A DNA stretch of 64,000 nucleotides, from positions 1,184,001 through 1,248,000 of the forward strand of contig OZ220744.1 in the NCBI GenBank assembly GCA_965116925.1, in the 5' to 3' direction. Below the pieces are notes generated by a model. That model saw only the letters and a list, made by a program, of their open reading frames with translations. It did not search any database and was not told the DNA's origin. Shown one piece after another: positions 20,714 through 31,394 of this stretch (positions are counted from its first letter, which is position 1; each line of letters starts with the position of its first letter). The position numbers were made by a program, and so were the translations under genes. The stretch comes from Candidatus Poribacteria bacterium. Lineage in GTDB: Bacteria; Poribacteria; WGA-4E; PCPOR2b.

Positions 20714-21514
20714 ATGATAGGTCCCAGACTTCCCTACCGCTACGACCACTACACCTGGCCCGAAATCAGGGATTTGGTTAAAAAACAACCCGTCATTGTT
20801 CTACCGGTCGGCTCTACCGAGGACCATGGCCATCATCTTCCCTTGGATGTGGATACCTTCGTAGTCAGCAGCATCTGCGATGCCGCCGCACAGCAGATTC
20901 CTGACGAAGTGCTGCTTTTACCCGAACTCGCTTACGGTTTTGAAGATCACCACATGGATTTCCCCGGCACTATCACTATCCGTGATGACCATTTACTAAA
21001 CTTTGTCGTCGATATTACCAAGAGCGTTGCCCACCACGGTTTTCGCAAGATCCTTATCGTCAACGGGCACGGTTCCAACGTTCCTATCTTGGAGTTGGCG
21101 GCGCGTCGGACAGTGATTGAGACCGAGGCACACTGCGGCATGCTCAACGGGGGAGCAGGCGTTTCGGTCGATGAAATCGTTGAATCAGATGTACTGTCCC
21201 ATGCGGATGAGATCGAAACATCGGTCTACCGCTACCTCAATGATGCAGCAGTCCAGATGGATAAAGCCTCCCACGAAGTGAAAGTTCCAGTTTCGCGCTA
21301 CTATTGGCGTGGCACGGTACGCGGCAAGGGCAGTGCGCCGCTACGGATGATGGACCATTGGTCACGCATCTCGGAGACGGGGGTCATCGGGGATGCGACT
21401 CTCGGTACAGTGGAGAAGGGTGAGCGGTTCTTCAACGCTGCCGCTACAGAGCTCGCCGCACTTATCCGTGAATTCCGTTCCTTGCCCATCGAACCGCGTG
21501 TAGACCATCATTGA
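20714..21514 (+). CDS. creatininase/creatinine amidohydrolase family
   Basis: GSTEDHGHHLPLDVD, NGHGSN, HADEIETS. Confidence 0.9.
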   Translation: MIGPRLPYRYDHYTWPEIRDLVKKQPVIVLPVGSTEDHGHHLPLDVDTFVVSSICDAAAQQIPDEVLLLPELAYGFEDHHMDFPGTITIRDDHLLNFVVDITKSVAHHGFRKILIVNGHGSNVPILELAARRTVIETEAHCGMLNGGAGVSVDEIVESDVLSHADEIETSVYRYLNDAAVQMDKASHEVKVPVSRYYWRGTVRGKGSAPLRMMDHWSRISETGVIGDATLGTVEKGERFFNAAATELAALIREFRSLPIEPRVDHH

Positions 21515-21764
21515 ACCTGTTGAACCAAATAAGTGCTGTTGGGAGATGAAGATAGAATGTAATTGTTTGTAATTATATGTAATGCAATTGGTGAGCTGCC
21601 ACAAAACGTTTCATTCTGAGACAGGAATAATCCCCCCATTTTCACGGGAAAAATGGGAAAGTTTGCATTTTTCGTGCTTAACTAATGAACAAATTATCTG
21701 TACGTTTCACGTTTCGCGCTCGCCTTCTACCTAAGCCATTAATGGATGGCTACAAGGATCCAAT

Positions 21765-22478
21765 ATGTCCCAAAATCAACTCATCGTTGCGTTAGATGTA
21801 GAAAACTTGGCAGCAGCAAACGAACTAGTCACTACACTTTCCGATGATGTCAAATGGTTCAAAATCGGCAAACAACTCTTCACCGCGGTGGGCCCCACTT
21901 CTGTTAAGCTGCTACATGAAGCAAAGAAAAACATCTTTCTGGATCTCAAGTTCCACGATATTCCCAACACTGTCGCCGGTGCGGTTGCATCTGCGACAAA
22001 AATTGGTGCCAATATGATCAACATGCACGCTTCAGGCGGATTGGAGATGATGCGTGTCGCGGGGGAAACCGCTGAGAAACAAGCGTCCGAACTTGGCATC
22101 TCCAAGCCAATAGTTTTGGGGGTGACCATCCTCACAAGCGTTGATGAGGCGAACTTCCAGCGCGATTTTGGGACACAACGCAAGCTGAAAGATCAGGTCG
22201 CTTATCTCGCAGAACTATCTCAGAAAGCAGGATTGGATGGCGTGGTCGCTTCGCCATTGGAGATTGGGTTGATTCGGAAGGTTTGCGGGGATGATTTTGT
22301 AATCGTTACACCGGGCGTCCGTCCCGCTTGGGCCGCTTCAAACGATCAGCAGCGGGTCATGACACCCGCCGAAGCGATCCATGCCGGCGCGGATTACATC
22401 GTCGTTGGAAGACCTATCACAGCAGCGGATAACCCACGTGAGGCAGCGAGGAAAATACTACAAGAAATCGATAAGTGA
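21765..22478 (+). CDS. pyrF: orotidine-5'-phosphate decarboxylase
   Basis: IVALD, FLDLKFHDIPNT, TPGVRP, VGRPI. Confidence 0.97.
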   Translation: MSQNQLIVALDVENLAAANELVTTLSDDVKWFKIGKQLFTAVGPTSVKLLHEAKKNIFLDLKFHDIPNTVAGAVASATKIGANMINMHASGGLEMMRVAGETAEKQASELGISKPIVLGVTILTSVDEANFQRDFGTQRKLKDQVAYLAELSQKAGLDGVVASPLEIGLIRKVCGDDFVIVTPGVRPAWAASNDQQRVMTPAEAIHAGADYIVVGRPITAADNPREAARKILQEIDK

Positions 22479-22613
22479 AACGTGATGCGTGAGATACCAA
22501 TTTGACGTTCATATTTTACGCCAGATCCTACTATTGACATAAGAGTGAGTGATGAATTCAACGAGATCGCGCATGTAATCGTCAAACACAGCGATCATAT
22601 TTTTTAACGTAAT

Positions 22614-22688
22614 TAGGACTTACGCAGCCACCTGTAGGCGGGGCATCTGGTTTCCCCGCGCAAACTGTACTGAAATGAGTAAGTCCTA
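22614..22688. mobile_element. MITE-like element family A, copy 3 (short)
   Basis: TAGGACTTACGCA...TGAGTAAGTCCTA around GTAGGCGGGGCATCTGGTTTCCCCGC. Confidence 0.7.
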
Positions 22689-22718
22689 TTAACACAAAGA
22701 TGACAATTCACGATAATT

Positions 22719-24521
22719 ATGAGTCACCAACAAAAGATACGAAACTACTGCATTTTAGGACATATAGATCACGGCAAAAGCACGCTCAGTGATCGGCTTT
22801 TGGAGTACACCGGCACATTGACACCCCGCGAGATGCGCGAGCAGGTCTTGGATCTGATGGATCTTGAACGCGAACGCGGTATCACCATTAAGGCAACCGT
22901 TGTGAAACTCGATTATCGCGCTATAGATGGGGAGGTCTACGAACTGAACCTGATTGATACACCTGGACATGTGGATTTCACTTACGAAGTGTCGCGGAGC
23001 CTCGCAGCCTGCGAAGGGGCAATTTTGATCGTAGATGCCGCCCAAGGTGTAGAAGCGCAGACGTTAGCAAATGCTTATCTCGCAATTGACCACGATCTTG
23101 AGATTATTCCCGTTATTAATAAAATCGATCTCCCGACAGCGCGTCCAGATGAGGTTAAACGGCAAATCGAAGAAGTGGTTGGCATCCCCGCAGACGAAGC
23201 GATTTTGGTGAGTGCAAAGGAAAATATCGGCACGCAGGAGATATTGGAAGCAATTGTTAACCGGATCCCTCCACCGAAGGGGAGTACCGATGGATCTCTG
23301 AAGGCACTGGTCATTGACTCTGTGTATAACAGCTATCGGGGGGTCGTCATGTATGTGCGCGTGTTTGATGGAAGCGTGAAGATAGGCGACAAGATCCGCT
23401 TGATGGCAGCGAGGAGTGCTTACGAAGTCGAGGAGGTCGGCGTTTTCCTGCCGCACATGAAACCTGTTGATGTGCTATCAACAGGTTCGGTCGGTTATGT
23501 CATTGCCGGGGTTCGGGAGATAGCGGACGCCAAAATCGGTGAAACTATTACCGACCACACAAACCCCACAGCAGAACCGCTGCCCGGCTACCGTGAAATG
23601 AAGCCACTCGTGTTTTGCGGACTATATCTAGCGGACACCAGCGAGGTCGGCGCGTTGAGAGAGGCACTCGAAAGACTCAAACTCAACGACGATTCTTTCA
23701 GCTTTGAACCTGAAATTTCTGTGGCACTTGGATTCGGATTTCGGTGTGGTTTCCTAGGATTGCTGCACATGGAGATTATCCAAGAACGGCTAGAACGCGA
23801 ATTTGACCTCTCCCTTGTTCGGACCTCACCGAGCGTTAAGTACCGTGTCATCCAACGAGATGGTGAGTGCGTTGAAGTTGATAATCCCGCGAAGCTGCCG
23901 CCCGTTGATCAGATCGATTTCATTGCGGAACCTCACATCACCGCTGACATTATTGTCCCGCGAGACTACATCGGCAATGTGATGGATTTATGTCAAAAGC
24001 GGCGAGGTGTCTTCATACGCATGGATCAGCTGGACGCAACCCGTGTACAAATCAGTTACGATCTGCCCTTGGGCGAAATTCTCCTTGATTTCTACGACAA
24101 GCTCAAATCATTAACGCGCGGCTACGGTTCGCTTGAATACGAAGTTGGTGAATACAAACCTGGTGATCTCGTGAAGCTAGATATTTTGCTCAACGAAAAG
24201 CCAGTTGATGCCCTCTCAACAATTGTCCACCGTGACATGGCTTACGGTCGAGGAAAGGCGTTAGTAGAAAAGTTAGGGGAAGTGATCCCACAGCAGATGT
24301 TTACCGTGCCCATCCAAGCAGCAATCGGACATAAAGTAATTGCCCGTGAAACCATCCGTGCTTTCCGAAAGAATGTAACAGCAAGACTTTACGGCGGTGA
24401 CGTTACCCGCAAGCGGAAGCTGCTCGAAAAGCAGAAAGAGGGCAAAAAACGGATGAAACAGATTGGGAGCGTCGAGGTGCCACAGGAAGCGTTTATGGCA
24501 ATTCTATCTATTGATGAATAA
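22719..24521 (+). CDS. lepA: elongation factor 4
   Basis: [49 protein letters not shown]. Confidence 0.98.
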   Translation: MSHQQKIRNYCILGHIDHGKSTLSDRLLEYTGTLTPREMREQVLDLMDLERERGITIKATVVKLDYRAIDGEVYELNLIDTPGHVDFTYEVSRSLAACEGAILIVDAAQGVEAQTLANAYLAIDHDLEIIPVINKIDLPTARPDEVKRQIEEVVGIPADEAILVSAKENIGTQEILEAIVNRIPPPKGSTDGSLKALVIDSVYNSYRGVVMYVRVFDGSVKIGDKIRLMAARSAYEVEEVGVFLPHMKPVDVLSTGSVGYVIAGVREIADAKIGETITDHTNPTAEPLPGYREMKPLVFCGLYLADTSEVGALREALERLKLNDDSFSFEPEISVALGFGFRCGFLGLLHMEIIQERLEREFDLSLVRTSPSVKYRVIQRDGECVEVDNPAKLPPVDQIDFIAEPHITADIIVPRDYIGNVMDLCQKRRGVFIRMDQLDATRVQISYDLPLGEILLDFYDKLKSLTRGYGSLEYEVGEYKPGDLVKLDILLNEKPVDALSTIVHRDMAYGRGKALVEKLGEVIPQQMFTVPIQAAIGHKVIARETIRAFRKNVTARLYGGDVTRKRKLLEKQKEGKKRMKQIGSVEVPQEAFMAILSIDE

Positions 24522-24553
24522 AATTTGTATCTTACATTGGAGGTAACGCACTT

Positions 24554-25354
24554 ATGAATGAAACGTTAGCGGACACGCATGAAGAGGCACTTTCACGATG
24601 GCAGAGATTCCAGCAGACTGTGGTATGGGAATACCTTCAGGTTATCGTGGTTGCGTTTGTGCTTGTCTTTGGATTTATTCGTCCCTTTGTTGTTGAAGCG
24701 TTCAAAATTCCGTCCGGTTCTATGGAAGAAACCTTGCTTGTTGGCGATCGCATCCTTGTCTGCAAATTTATCTACGGCATCAATATTCCGGGAACGAAAA
24801 TTAAACTCTTTGATTTCCATAAACCGGCAAGAGGAGATGTATTTGTATTCGTTCCGCCTCACGAGCGAACCAAGAATTTTATCAAACGGATCGTCGCAGT
24901 TGGTGGTGACACAATCGAGACGAAGGGGGACACGCTCTACGTCAACGGGGCAGCAATCGAAGATAGCACCTATGCGAAGCACGTGTCCCCCGCCATCGGT
25001 CATCGGTACAATTTCCCACCTTTCCGCAAGCCGTACCATTTGCCCAATGACAACGCTTTTGCACCTTATAAACTCTCGCCGAATCAGTTTCACATGACGT
25101 TTCCAGATGGTAGACCGTTTGAAGTTCCAGAAGGATATGTTTTTGCAATGGGGGATAATCGGGATCAGAGCAGCGACAGCCGGACATGGGGCCCCGTGTC
25201 TGTGAACGACATTAAGGGGCAAGCCTTCATGGTCTATTGGTCTTACGATGCGTTTAATCAGAAACGACCTTGGGAAGTTTGGAAGATTATCAATGGTATT
25301 CGATTTACCCGAATTGGGAGCTTGATTCGGTCAGAGTTTGATGGTGGGCATTGA
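24554..25354 (+). CDS. lepB: signal peptidase I, copy 1
   Basis: IPSGSM (Ser), FIKRIV (Lys), MGDNRDQSSDSR; follows lepA. Confidence 0.95.
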   Translation: MNETLADTHEEALSRWQRFQQTVVWEYLQVIVVAFVLVFGFIRPFVVEAFKIPSGSMEETLLVGDRILVCKFIYGINIPGTKIKLFDFHKPARGDVFVFVPPHERTKNFIKRIVAVGGDTIETKGDTLYVNGAAIEDSTYAKHVSPAIGHRYNFPPFRKPYHLPNDNAFAPYKLSPNQFHMTFPDGRPFEVPEGYVFAMGDNRDQSSDSRTWGPVSVNDIKGQAFMVYWSYDAFNQKRPWEVWKIINGIRFTRIGSLIRSEFDGGH

Positions 25355-25412
25355 GAAAACTGTTATTTTGTGAGACCAATAAGCATCTTCAACCCATGGA
25401 GGTAACACACTC

Positions 25413-26213
25413 ATGAGTAAAACGTCAATAGATACACACCAAAAACCGCCTTCACGATGGCAGAGATTCCAACAAACCGTGGTAGGGCAATACCTTCAGG
25501 TTATCGTGGTTGCGTTTGTGCTTGTCTTTGGATTTATTCGTCCCTTTGTTGTTGAAGCATTCAAAATTCCCTCCGGTTCGATGGAAGATACTTTGCTAGT
25601 TGGGGATCACATCCTTGTCTGCAAATTTATCTATGGCATCAATATTCCGGGAACAAAAATTAAACTCTTTGACTTCCACAGACCTGCAAGAGGAGATGTA
25701 TTTGTATTCATTCCTCCCCACGAACGCCCCAAACATTTTATCAAACGCATTGTTGCCATTGGCGGCGATACGATTGAGACAAAAGGGAATACGCTCTATG
25801 TCAACGGGGTAGCAATCGAAGATGGTGCCTATACGAAACATGTGTCCCATGTCGTTGGTCATCGTTACGATTTTCCACCCTTTCGTAAACCCCAGTATTT
25901 GCCCAGCAACAAAGTTTTTGCGCCCTATAAACTCTCGCCGAATCAGTTTCACATGACGTTTCCAGATGGTAGACCGTTTGAAGTTCCAGAAGGATATGTT
26001 TTTGCAATGGGGGATAATCGGGATCAGAGCAGCGACAGCCGGACATGGGGCCCTGTGTCTGTGAACGATATTAAGGGACAAGCCTTCATGGTCTTTTGGT
26101 CGTATGATCCATCTAATCAAAAAAGACTTTGGGAGATTTGGAAGATCATTGAGGGCATTCGGTTCACTCGAATAGGACACTTGATTCGATCGGAATTTGA
26201 TGGGAGACATTGA
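25413..26213 (+). CDS. lepB: signal peptidase I, copy 2
   Basis: Same length (266 aa) and same catalytic motifs. Confidence 0.95.
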   Translation: MSKTSIDTHQKPPSRWQRFQQTVVGQYLQVIVVAFVLVFGFIRPFVVEAFKIPSGSMEDTLLVGDHILVCKFIYGINIPGTKIKLFDFHRPARGDVFVFIPPHERPKHFIKRIVAIGGDTIETKGNTLYVNGVAIEDGAYTKHVSHVVGHRYDFPPFRKPQYLPSNKVFAPYKLSPNQFHMTFPDGRPFEVPEGYVFAMGDNRDQSSDSRTWGPVSVNDIKGQAFMVFWSYDPSNQKRLWEIWKIIEGIRFTRIGHLIRSEFDGRH

Positions 26214-26259
26214 GAAAATTGTTAACTTGTGACATCAACAAACGGGAGGAAGTTGACTA

Positions 26260-27375
26260 TTGTCCGTTGAAGTCCGTTTAGACCATATCGTTAAAGCGTT
26301 TGATACCACGATCGCAGTGAATGATGTCAGCCTTGAAATTCGGGAAGGTGAACTGTTTTTTCTGCTTGGGCCATCGGGTTGCGGAAAGACGACCTGCCTG
26401 CGCATTCTCGCGGGGTTCTACGAACCGGATAGCGGGCAACTGATGTTTGGCGATCGAGAGATGAGTAGAGTGCCGCCGCATAAACGGAACACCGGGATGG
26501 TATTCCAGAACTACGCGCTTTGGCCCCACATGACTGTCTTTGAGAATGTCGAATATGGTCTGTCGCTTCGCAAGATTGATAAGGAGATCCGAAAAGAGAA
26601 AGTCCACGAAGTCTTAGAGGTGGTACAGATGCCGGAGTACGCTGATCGCCCTGTCAACAAGCTCTCCGGTGGACAGCAGCAGCGGATAGCCCTAGCACGC
26701 GCCCTCGTTGTAGAACCGGATGTGTTGCTTCTTGATGAACCATTAAGCAACCTTGACGCAAAGTTACGGCTTGAAATGCGTCAAGAAATTAAGCGCATTC
26801 ACTCACAAGCCGGTGCCACCGCCGTTTATGTGACGCACGACCAACAAGAGGCAATTCACCTTGCAGACCGGATGGCAATCATGAGAGAAGGTTCAATTAT
26901 CCAAGTCGGCACCCCGCGTGAAATTTATCGGTTCCCCACCAATCCGTTTGTCGCTAGCTTCATCGGCGAGACCAATTTCATCAGTGGTAAAATTCAATCT
27001 CTATCTAATGGATCTGCTGAAATTGAAACGGAAATCGGTGTGTTGCACTCAACAACAATCTATCACGATTTCACAAACGGTGAAGCGGTGACTTGTTGCA
27101 TTCGTCCAGAATCTATTCACTTCGACGAAGCAATTGCTGAAGGGACATCAAACCGACTGAGTGCGAAGGTCCTCAGTGCCACCTATCTGGGACGCGTCGA
27201 GGAATATCACTTGGCTCTCGATGATGAATTGACAGCAAAAGCGGTGCTGTACAATCCAAGAACGCACGGTAGAAATGTCGGTGATACGCTTTCCATATCT
27301 GTCAGCACAGAGGACGTAATCCCTTTACCGGTGGAGGAACCCTACAGCGATGAGGAAGAACGCGAAGAATTGTGA
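26260..27375 (+). CDS. ABC transporter ATP-binding protein (PotA/FbpC-like, TOBE)
   Basis: GPSGCGKT, LSGGQQQR, LLLDEPLSNLD. Confidence 0.92.
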   Translation: MSVEVRLDHIVKAFDTTIAVNDVSLEIREGELFFLLGPSGCGKTTCLRILAGFYEPDSGQLMFGDREMSRVPPHKRNTGMVFQNYALWPHMTVFENVEYGLSLRKIDKEIRKEKVHEVLEVVQMPEYADRPVNKLSGGQQQRIALARALVVEPDVLLLDEPLSNLDAKLRLEMRQEIKRIHSQAGATAVYVTHDQQEAIHLADRMAIMREGSIIQVGTPREIYRFPTNPFVASFIGETNFISGKIQSLSNGSAEIETEIGVLHSTTIYHDFTNGEAVTCCIRPESIHFDEAIAEGTSNRLSAKVLSATYLGRVEEYHLALDDELTAKAVLYNPRTHGRNVGDTLSISVSTEDVIPLPVEEPYSDEEEREEL

Positions 27376-28076
27376 ATCCACTGAACACTATCAAAGCCAA
27401 AATATTACTTCTCGCCTTAGCTGTCTTTCTCCTCCTGTTTTTCGGTGCCCCTCCTTTCCAAGATTGGATCGTAAGCATCTTTGAGCTCTTCAAAGATCCA
27501 CAGGCAATGCGAGAATACATCGCCGCTTACGGTCCCCTTGCTCCGGTAGTTTCTGCGCTCCTCATGATACTCCAGAGTGTTGCCGCACCGTTGCCCGCTT
27601 TCCTGATTACTTTCGCTAACGGGCTGCTGTTTGGTGTATGGTGGGGTGCTGCATTGTCGTGGAGCAGTGCTATGCTGGGTGCTGCCCTCTGTTTTTTTAT
27701 CGCTCGATACTTTGGGCGCCCTGCCGTTGTTAAGCTGACCAGCGAATCCGCCCTTGCCGTTTCTGATCGGTTTTTTGAACGCTATGGGAAACATGCGGTG
27801 CTCATTGCGCGATTAGTCCCTATTATCTCATTTGACGTAATTAGCTATGGGTCAGGGTTGACCGGCATGAGATTTCTCGGATTCTGGCTCGCTACCGGAA
27901 TTGGGCAACTCCCCGCAACGATTCTGTACTCCTATCTTGGGGATGAAGCAACCGGGACAATTAAAATCCTGTTTTGGGCTTTTGGGATTGTCAGTGCAAT
28001 CTCCATTGTAGCGGTCCTGATTAAGCGACGCTCAAAGGTCAGCTCGCATATCGGAGACCATTTCGCACTTCTGTAG
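27372..28076 (+). CDS. TVP38/TMEM64 (VTT/DedA-like) membrane protein
   Basis: APLPAFLITFANG, RLVPIISFD, ATGIGQLP. Confidence 0.88.
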   Translation: MNPLNTIKAKILLLALAVFLLLFFGAPPFQDWIVSIFELFKDPQAMREYIAAYGPLAPVVSALLMILQSVAAPLPAFLITFANGLLFGVWWGAALSWSSAMLGAALCFFIARYFGRPAVVKLTSESALAVSDRFFERYGKHAVLIARLVPIISFDVISYGSGLTGMRFLGFWLATGIGQLPATILYSYLGDEATGTIKILFWAFGIVSAISIVAVLIKRRSKVSSHIGDHFALL

Positions 28077-28144
28077 GTCGATTTTCCAAAATCGACAGTC
28101 TTTGGTGCAAAGAAACCGAGTTTTTTCCGCAAAACTCGGTTTCT
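28073..28144. repeat. REP-like hairpins
   Basis: GTAG-GTCGATTTTCCAAAATCGAC (copy at 60277-60300) and AGAAACCGAGTTTT..AAAACTCGGTTTCT. Confidence 0.7.
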
Positions 28145-28214
28145 CTTCATGTTTTGCACTTTCTTTTTGCATGAGCCATCAATTTATAGTGATAGCGATT
28201 ATTTGGAGGAATCC

Positions 28215-29435
28215 ATGGAAATTCGTGGCGTCCGTGAATCAGAATTAGCGGAAATGATTGAATTGCAATGCCAGGTTTTTCGACCGGATGGGCATGAACG
28301 GTACTCGCAATATGTTCGCACTGATCCAAGCTACCGATACGACCAATCTCGCGTCGTAGTGGTGAACGGAGAAATTGTATCGACCCTTCGTGTCTGGAAA
28401 CGCGAAATGCGAATTGGTTCTATCGCCGTGCCGATGGGAGGGATTGGAGGCGTGGGCACGCACCCTGACCATCAAGGGGCTGGTTATGCCACAGCGTTGA
28501 TGAAAGACACGATTTCCTACATGCGGACGGTTGGCTATGACGTTGGTGTACTCTTTTCCGCTATTCCATGTGCATTTTATCGGAAGTTGGGGTGGGCAAG
28601 TGTGCCGTTGGCAGGTTTTCGAGTAAAGCGGAGGGTGAGCGTTGGACTAGGAGGAACGGAGTGGTGTGTTGAGTCTTTCGACGAAAGGCGAGATATAGAG
28701 GACTGCATCGCGCTTTACGACAAGCATAACGCTCAACAAAGCGGATCGCTTGTGCGCGTAAGGTCTTATTGGGAAAGTGGTCCCGCACGGCTACGGGAAA
28801 TTTTGCCGACGGTAGTCGCTCGGAGTGAGAACAAACTTGGGGGTTACCTCAACTTTCAAGTTGGTAAAAAAAGTGTAAACATCCTTGAAGTTGCCTATGA
28901 CCGTACACAGCCGGAAGCCTTAACAGCGTTAGTAAACCATCTCCTCGAGATCTGTGAACGAGAGAACGTAGAGGAACTTCACAGTGATATTCCGCATCGA
29001 CATCCGATGGTCGATCTACTTGTTGAGGGGACAGCGGGGGATACCTTCTTGACTGGCAACTCTGCCATGATGTTATATCCTGTGAATCTCCCTTCTTTGT
29101 TCCAGCGACTTCTACCTGAGCTACAAGTCCGGCTCGATGCAGTGAACCAAACCTCCACCCCTGTCTCGATCCGCTTTGCCGTTAATGACCAGGAGGCGGG
29201 GCTACGTTTACTCAATGATGGAACGCTCCAAACCTTTGATTCAGATGAGGAGGCAATTCGTCTGCCATTGCCGGGACACCTTTTTTGGCGGGCACTACTT
29301 GGTGAATCGAGCTGGGGGCAGCTTGAACCGACCTTGCATCTAGGGGGGATTGCGGTGGAGCCAGAGATCGCAGCCCTATTGTCAATCCTATTTCCACAAC
29401 GAGAAGTCATTTTTTGGGGACCAGATCACTATTGA
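28215..29435 (+). CDS. GNAT acetyltransferase, Eis-like
   Basis: GGIGGVGTHPDHQGAGYA, FYRKLGW; tandem GNAT architecture; SD GGAGG. Confidence 0.85.
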   Translation: MEIRGVRESELAEMIELQCQVFRPDGHERYSQYVRTDPSYRYDQSRVVVVNGEIVSTLRVWKREMRIGSIAVPMGGIGGVGTHPDHQGAGYATALMKDTISYMRTVGYDVGVLFSAIPCAFYRKLGWASVPLAGFRVKRRVSVGLGGTEWCVESFDERRDIEDCIALYDKHNAQQSGSLVRVRSYWESGPARLREILPTVVARSENKLGGYLNFQVGKKSVNILEVAYDRTQPEALTALVNHLLEICERENVEELHSDIPHRHPMVDLLVEGTAGDTFLTGNSAMMLYPVNLPSLFQRLLPELQVRLDAVNQTSTPVSIRFAVNDQEAGLRLLNDGTLQTFDSDEEAIRLPLPGHLFWRALLGESSWGQLEPTLHLGGIAVEPEIAALLSILFPQREVIFWGPDHY

Positions 29436-29438
29436 ACC

Positions 29439-29466
29439 GTAAGGAACAACGATCGTTGTTCCTTAC
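29439..29466. repeat. perfect 28-bp palindrome
   Basis: GTAAGGAACAACGATCGTTGTTCCTTAC. Confidence 0.85.
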
Positions 29467-29484
29467 TGCAAACAGGAGAAAAAC

Positions 29485-30276
29485 ATGAAAATCGGTGTGA
29501 CACAAATCATTCTTGGGACAATGTCGCTGGACGACACGCTTAACCTCTGTCAAGATGCGGGTTATGAGGCAGTGGAGTTGACCTTCCGAGACGGAAAAGA
29601 TCTGAATGCGGACATGAGCACAGCCGAAATTGAGAGCGTCGGTGAGAAGTGCAGAGAGGCGGGGGTTGAAATCGGCAGCGTTATCGCCAGCTATGCAGAC
29701 CGCGGAAATCTGCTCAGTCCAGACACAGCGGAGCGGGAGAGCGGCGTCAAATCCCTCGTCCGTAACCTCGAAATCGCAGGCATACTCGGCGTGGGTGGAA
29801 TCCTCTTGCATCCCGGACAGCTAACCGTCTCTGACACCTATCAATCGGTCTGGGATAACCTGATCGGTATTCTGAAAGAGGTTGCTCCAATCGCCGCGCG
29901 GAACAGAGCTGCAGTTGGGTTGGAAAATGTGTGGAACAAATTTCTACTGAGCCCGAAAGAGATGCGTGATTTTGTCGATGAGGTTGGGAGCGAATGGGTA
30001 GGGGTCTATCTTGACACCGCCAATATGATGGCTTACGGCTATCCTGAACACTGGATCCGTGAGTTAGGGACTCGGATTTGCCGTGTTCACTTTAAGGATT
30101 TTGACCGGGGGGCGCATCAGTTCGTCAACCTTCTCGATGGCGATACCGATTGGCACACCGTGGTTCATGAACTCCGGGCGATCGGATACGATGGTCCCGT
30201 CATCCACGAAGTGGGCGGCGACCATGCCGCTCAAGTTGACCTCGCTGAACGGATGCGGAAGATCGTTTCGATGTAA
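29485..30276 (+). CDS. sugar phosphate isomerase/epimerase family
   Basis: LENVWNKFLLSP, YLDTAN, VHFKDF. Confidence 0.88.
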   Translation: MKIGVTQIILGTMSLDDTLNLCQDAGYEAVELTFRDGKDLNADMSTAEIESVGEKCREAGVEIGSVIASYADRGNLLSPDTAERESGVKSLVRNLEIAGILGVGGILLHPGQLTVSDTYQSVWDNLIGILKEVAPIAARNRAAVGLENVWNKFLLSPKEMRDFVDEVGSEWVGVYLDTANMMAYGYPEHWIRELGTRICRVHFKDFDRGAHQFVNLLDGDTDWHTVVHELRAIGYDGPVIHEVGGDHAAQVDLAERMRKIVSM

Positions 30277-30278
30277 TT

Positions 30279-30386
30279 TATAGTGAATTCAAAAAATAAA
30301 TAGACACTTTCGCTCCCCATGTTTGGTAGGCGCTGTTTCCAACTGCGCCGATTTGGAGTGTCTCATTAATTCTAAAATCTACTATA
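30279..30386. mobile_element. MITE-like element family B, copy 1
   Basis: TATAGTGAATTC...ATTAATTCTAAAATCTACTATA imperfect TIRs with TA ends; interior GTAGGCGCTGTTTCCAACTGCGCC. Confidence 0.75.
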
Positions 30387-30410
30387 ATTCCGTTCATAGG
30401 GTTGTCAGGT

Positions 30411-31319
30411 TCAACGATCGTTGAACCCTACATTCGCTGGGCGCACACCAAATTCTGCCTCGAAGTCCCGCCAAATTTCGAGGGGCACATCTGCGGTTGC
30501 CGCCTCGTATGCTTCCTCAACCTGCATTTTATTGGCGGGGCCCACCATCACAATACCGTCCACCGGCGCAGCCAAGCAAAACTGCATTGCAAGATGACGG
30601 ATGTTTACGCCACGCTCTTGGCACCATTGCCACATCATGTGCGCCCGCGGCATGGAACCGGGGTGGCGACGTCGCTCCGTTTCCACGTCCGGCTCCACGC
30701 CGGTTAGCGATCCCATACCGAGGGGACTGGCGAGAATAATACCCACATCATATTGGCGGGCTAACGGCAGCGTTGTTTGAGCGACTGATTGGTCTAGAAG
30801 ATTGTAATCAAGAAATGTCAGGACGACTTCGATATGGCCCGTCTCAATGGCTACCCGATGAAACTCGTGTTGGCGGACACCGAGTCCGATATGTCGGATA
30901 ACTCCCTCCTCCTTCATCTTCAGTAACTCATCCAACGCACGACCTGGGCCCAAGGGATCTTCAATAGCGATCGGATCGTGGATAAGGACTGAGTCCAAGT
31001 AATCAGTCCGGAGCTGCTTGAGGCTGTTTTCCACACTCCGACGTGTCGTCTCGCCGGAATAGTCTTTATCTGGACCCGGAGGACTAACCTTGGCTTGCAG
31101 ATAGATTTTTTCCCGCAGACCACCGGCAAGTGCTTTGCCCCAGCGTCCTTCTGCATGACGTGGGTAGGTATCCACATAGTCAATGCCTAACTCAATCGCA
31201 CGATGGATAGCTTCGATCGTTTCAGCTTCGGATCCTTGTGCCAACCAAGCCGCACCCAAGGCGAGCGCCTTTGGTCGCATCTCTGTGCGTCCCATCCGTC
31301 GGGTTTCCAGTTCTGCCAT
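30411..31319 (-). CDS. aldo/keto reductase
   Basis: GIDYVDT, SVENSLKQLRTDYLD, IHDP; SD GGAGG before MAELETRR. Confidence 0.88.
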   Translation of the reverse strand: MAELETRRMGRTEMRPKALALGAAWLAQGSEAETIEAIHRAIELGIDYVDTYPRHAEGRWGKALAGGLREKIYLQAKVSPPGPDKDYSGETTRRSVENSLKQLRTDYLDSVLIHDPIAIEDPLGPGRALDELLKMKEEGVIRHIGLGVRQHEFHRVAIETGHIEVVLTFLDYNLLDQSVAQTTLPLARQYDVGIILASPLGMGSLTGVEPDVETERRRHPGSMPRAHMMWQWCQERGVNIRHLAMQFCLAAPVDGIVMVGPANKMQVEEAYEAATADVPLEIWRDFEAEFGVRPANVGFNDR

Positions 31320-31394
31320 TATCCCTCCAGCTATATTCTGACCTAGATTGTTGGTAGTAGCCACACGCCGTATACCGTGACCTCAAAAGTTTAC

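Noticed and set aside
24554..26213. Diversity-generating retroelement TR/VR pair from the near-identical lepB tracts or propeller repeats
   Set aside because: No reverse transcriptase in the window, both copies are coding, and differences are not adenine-specific
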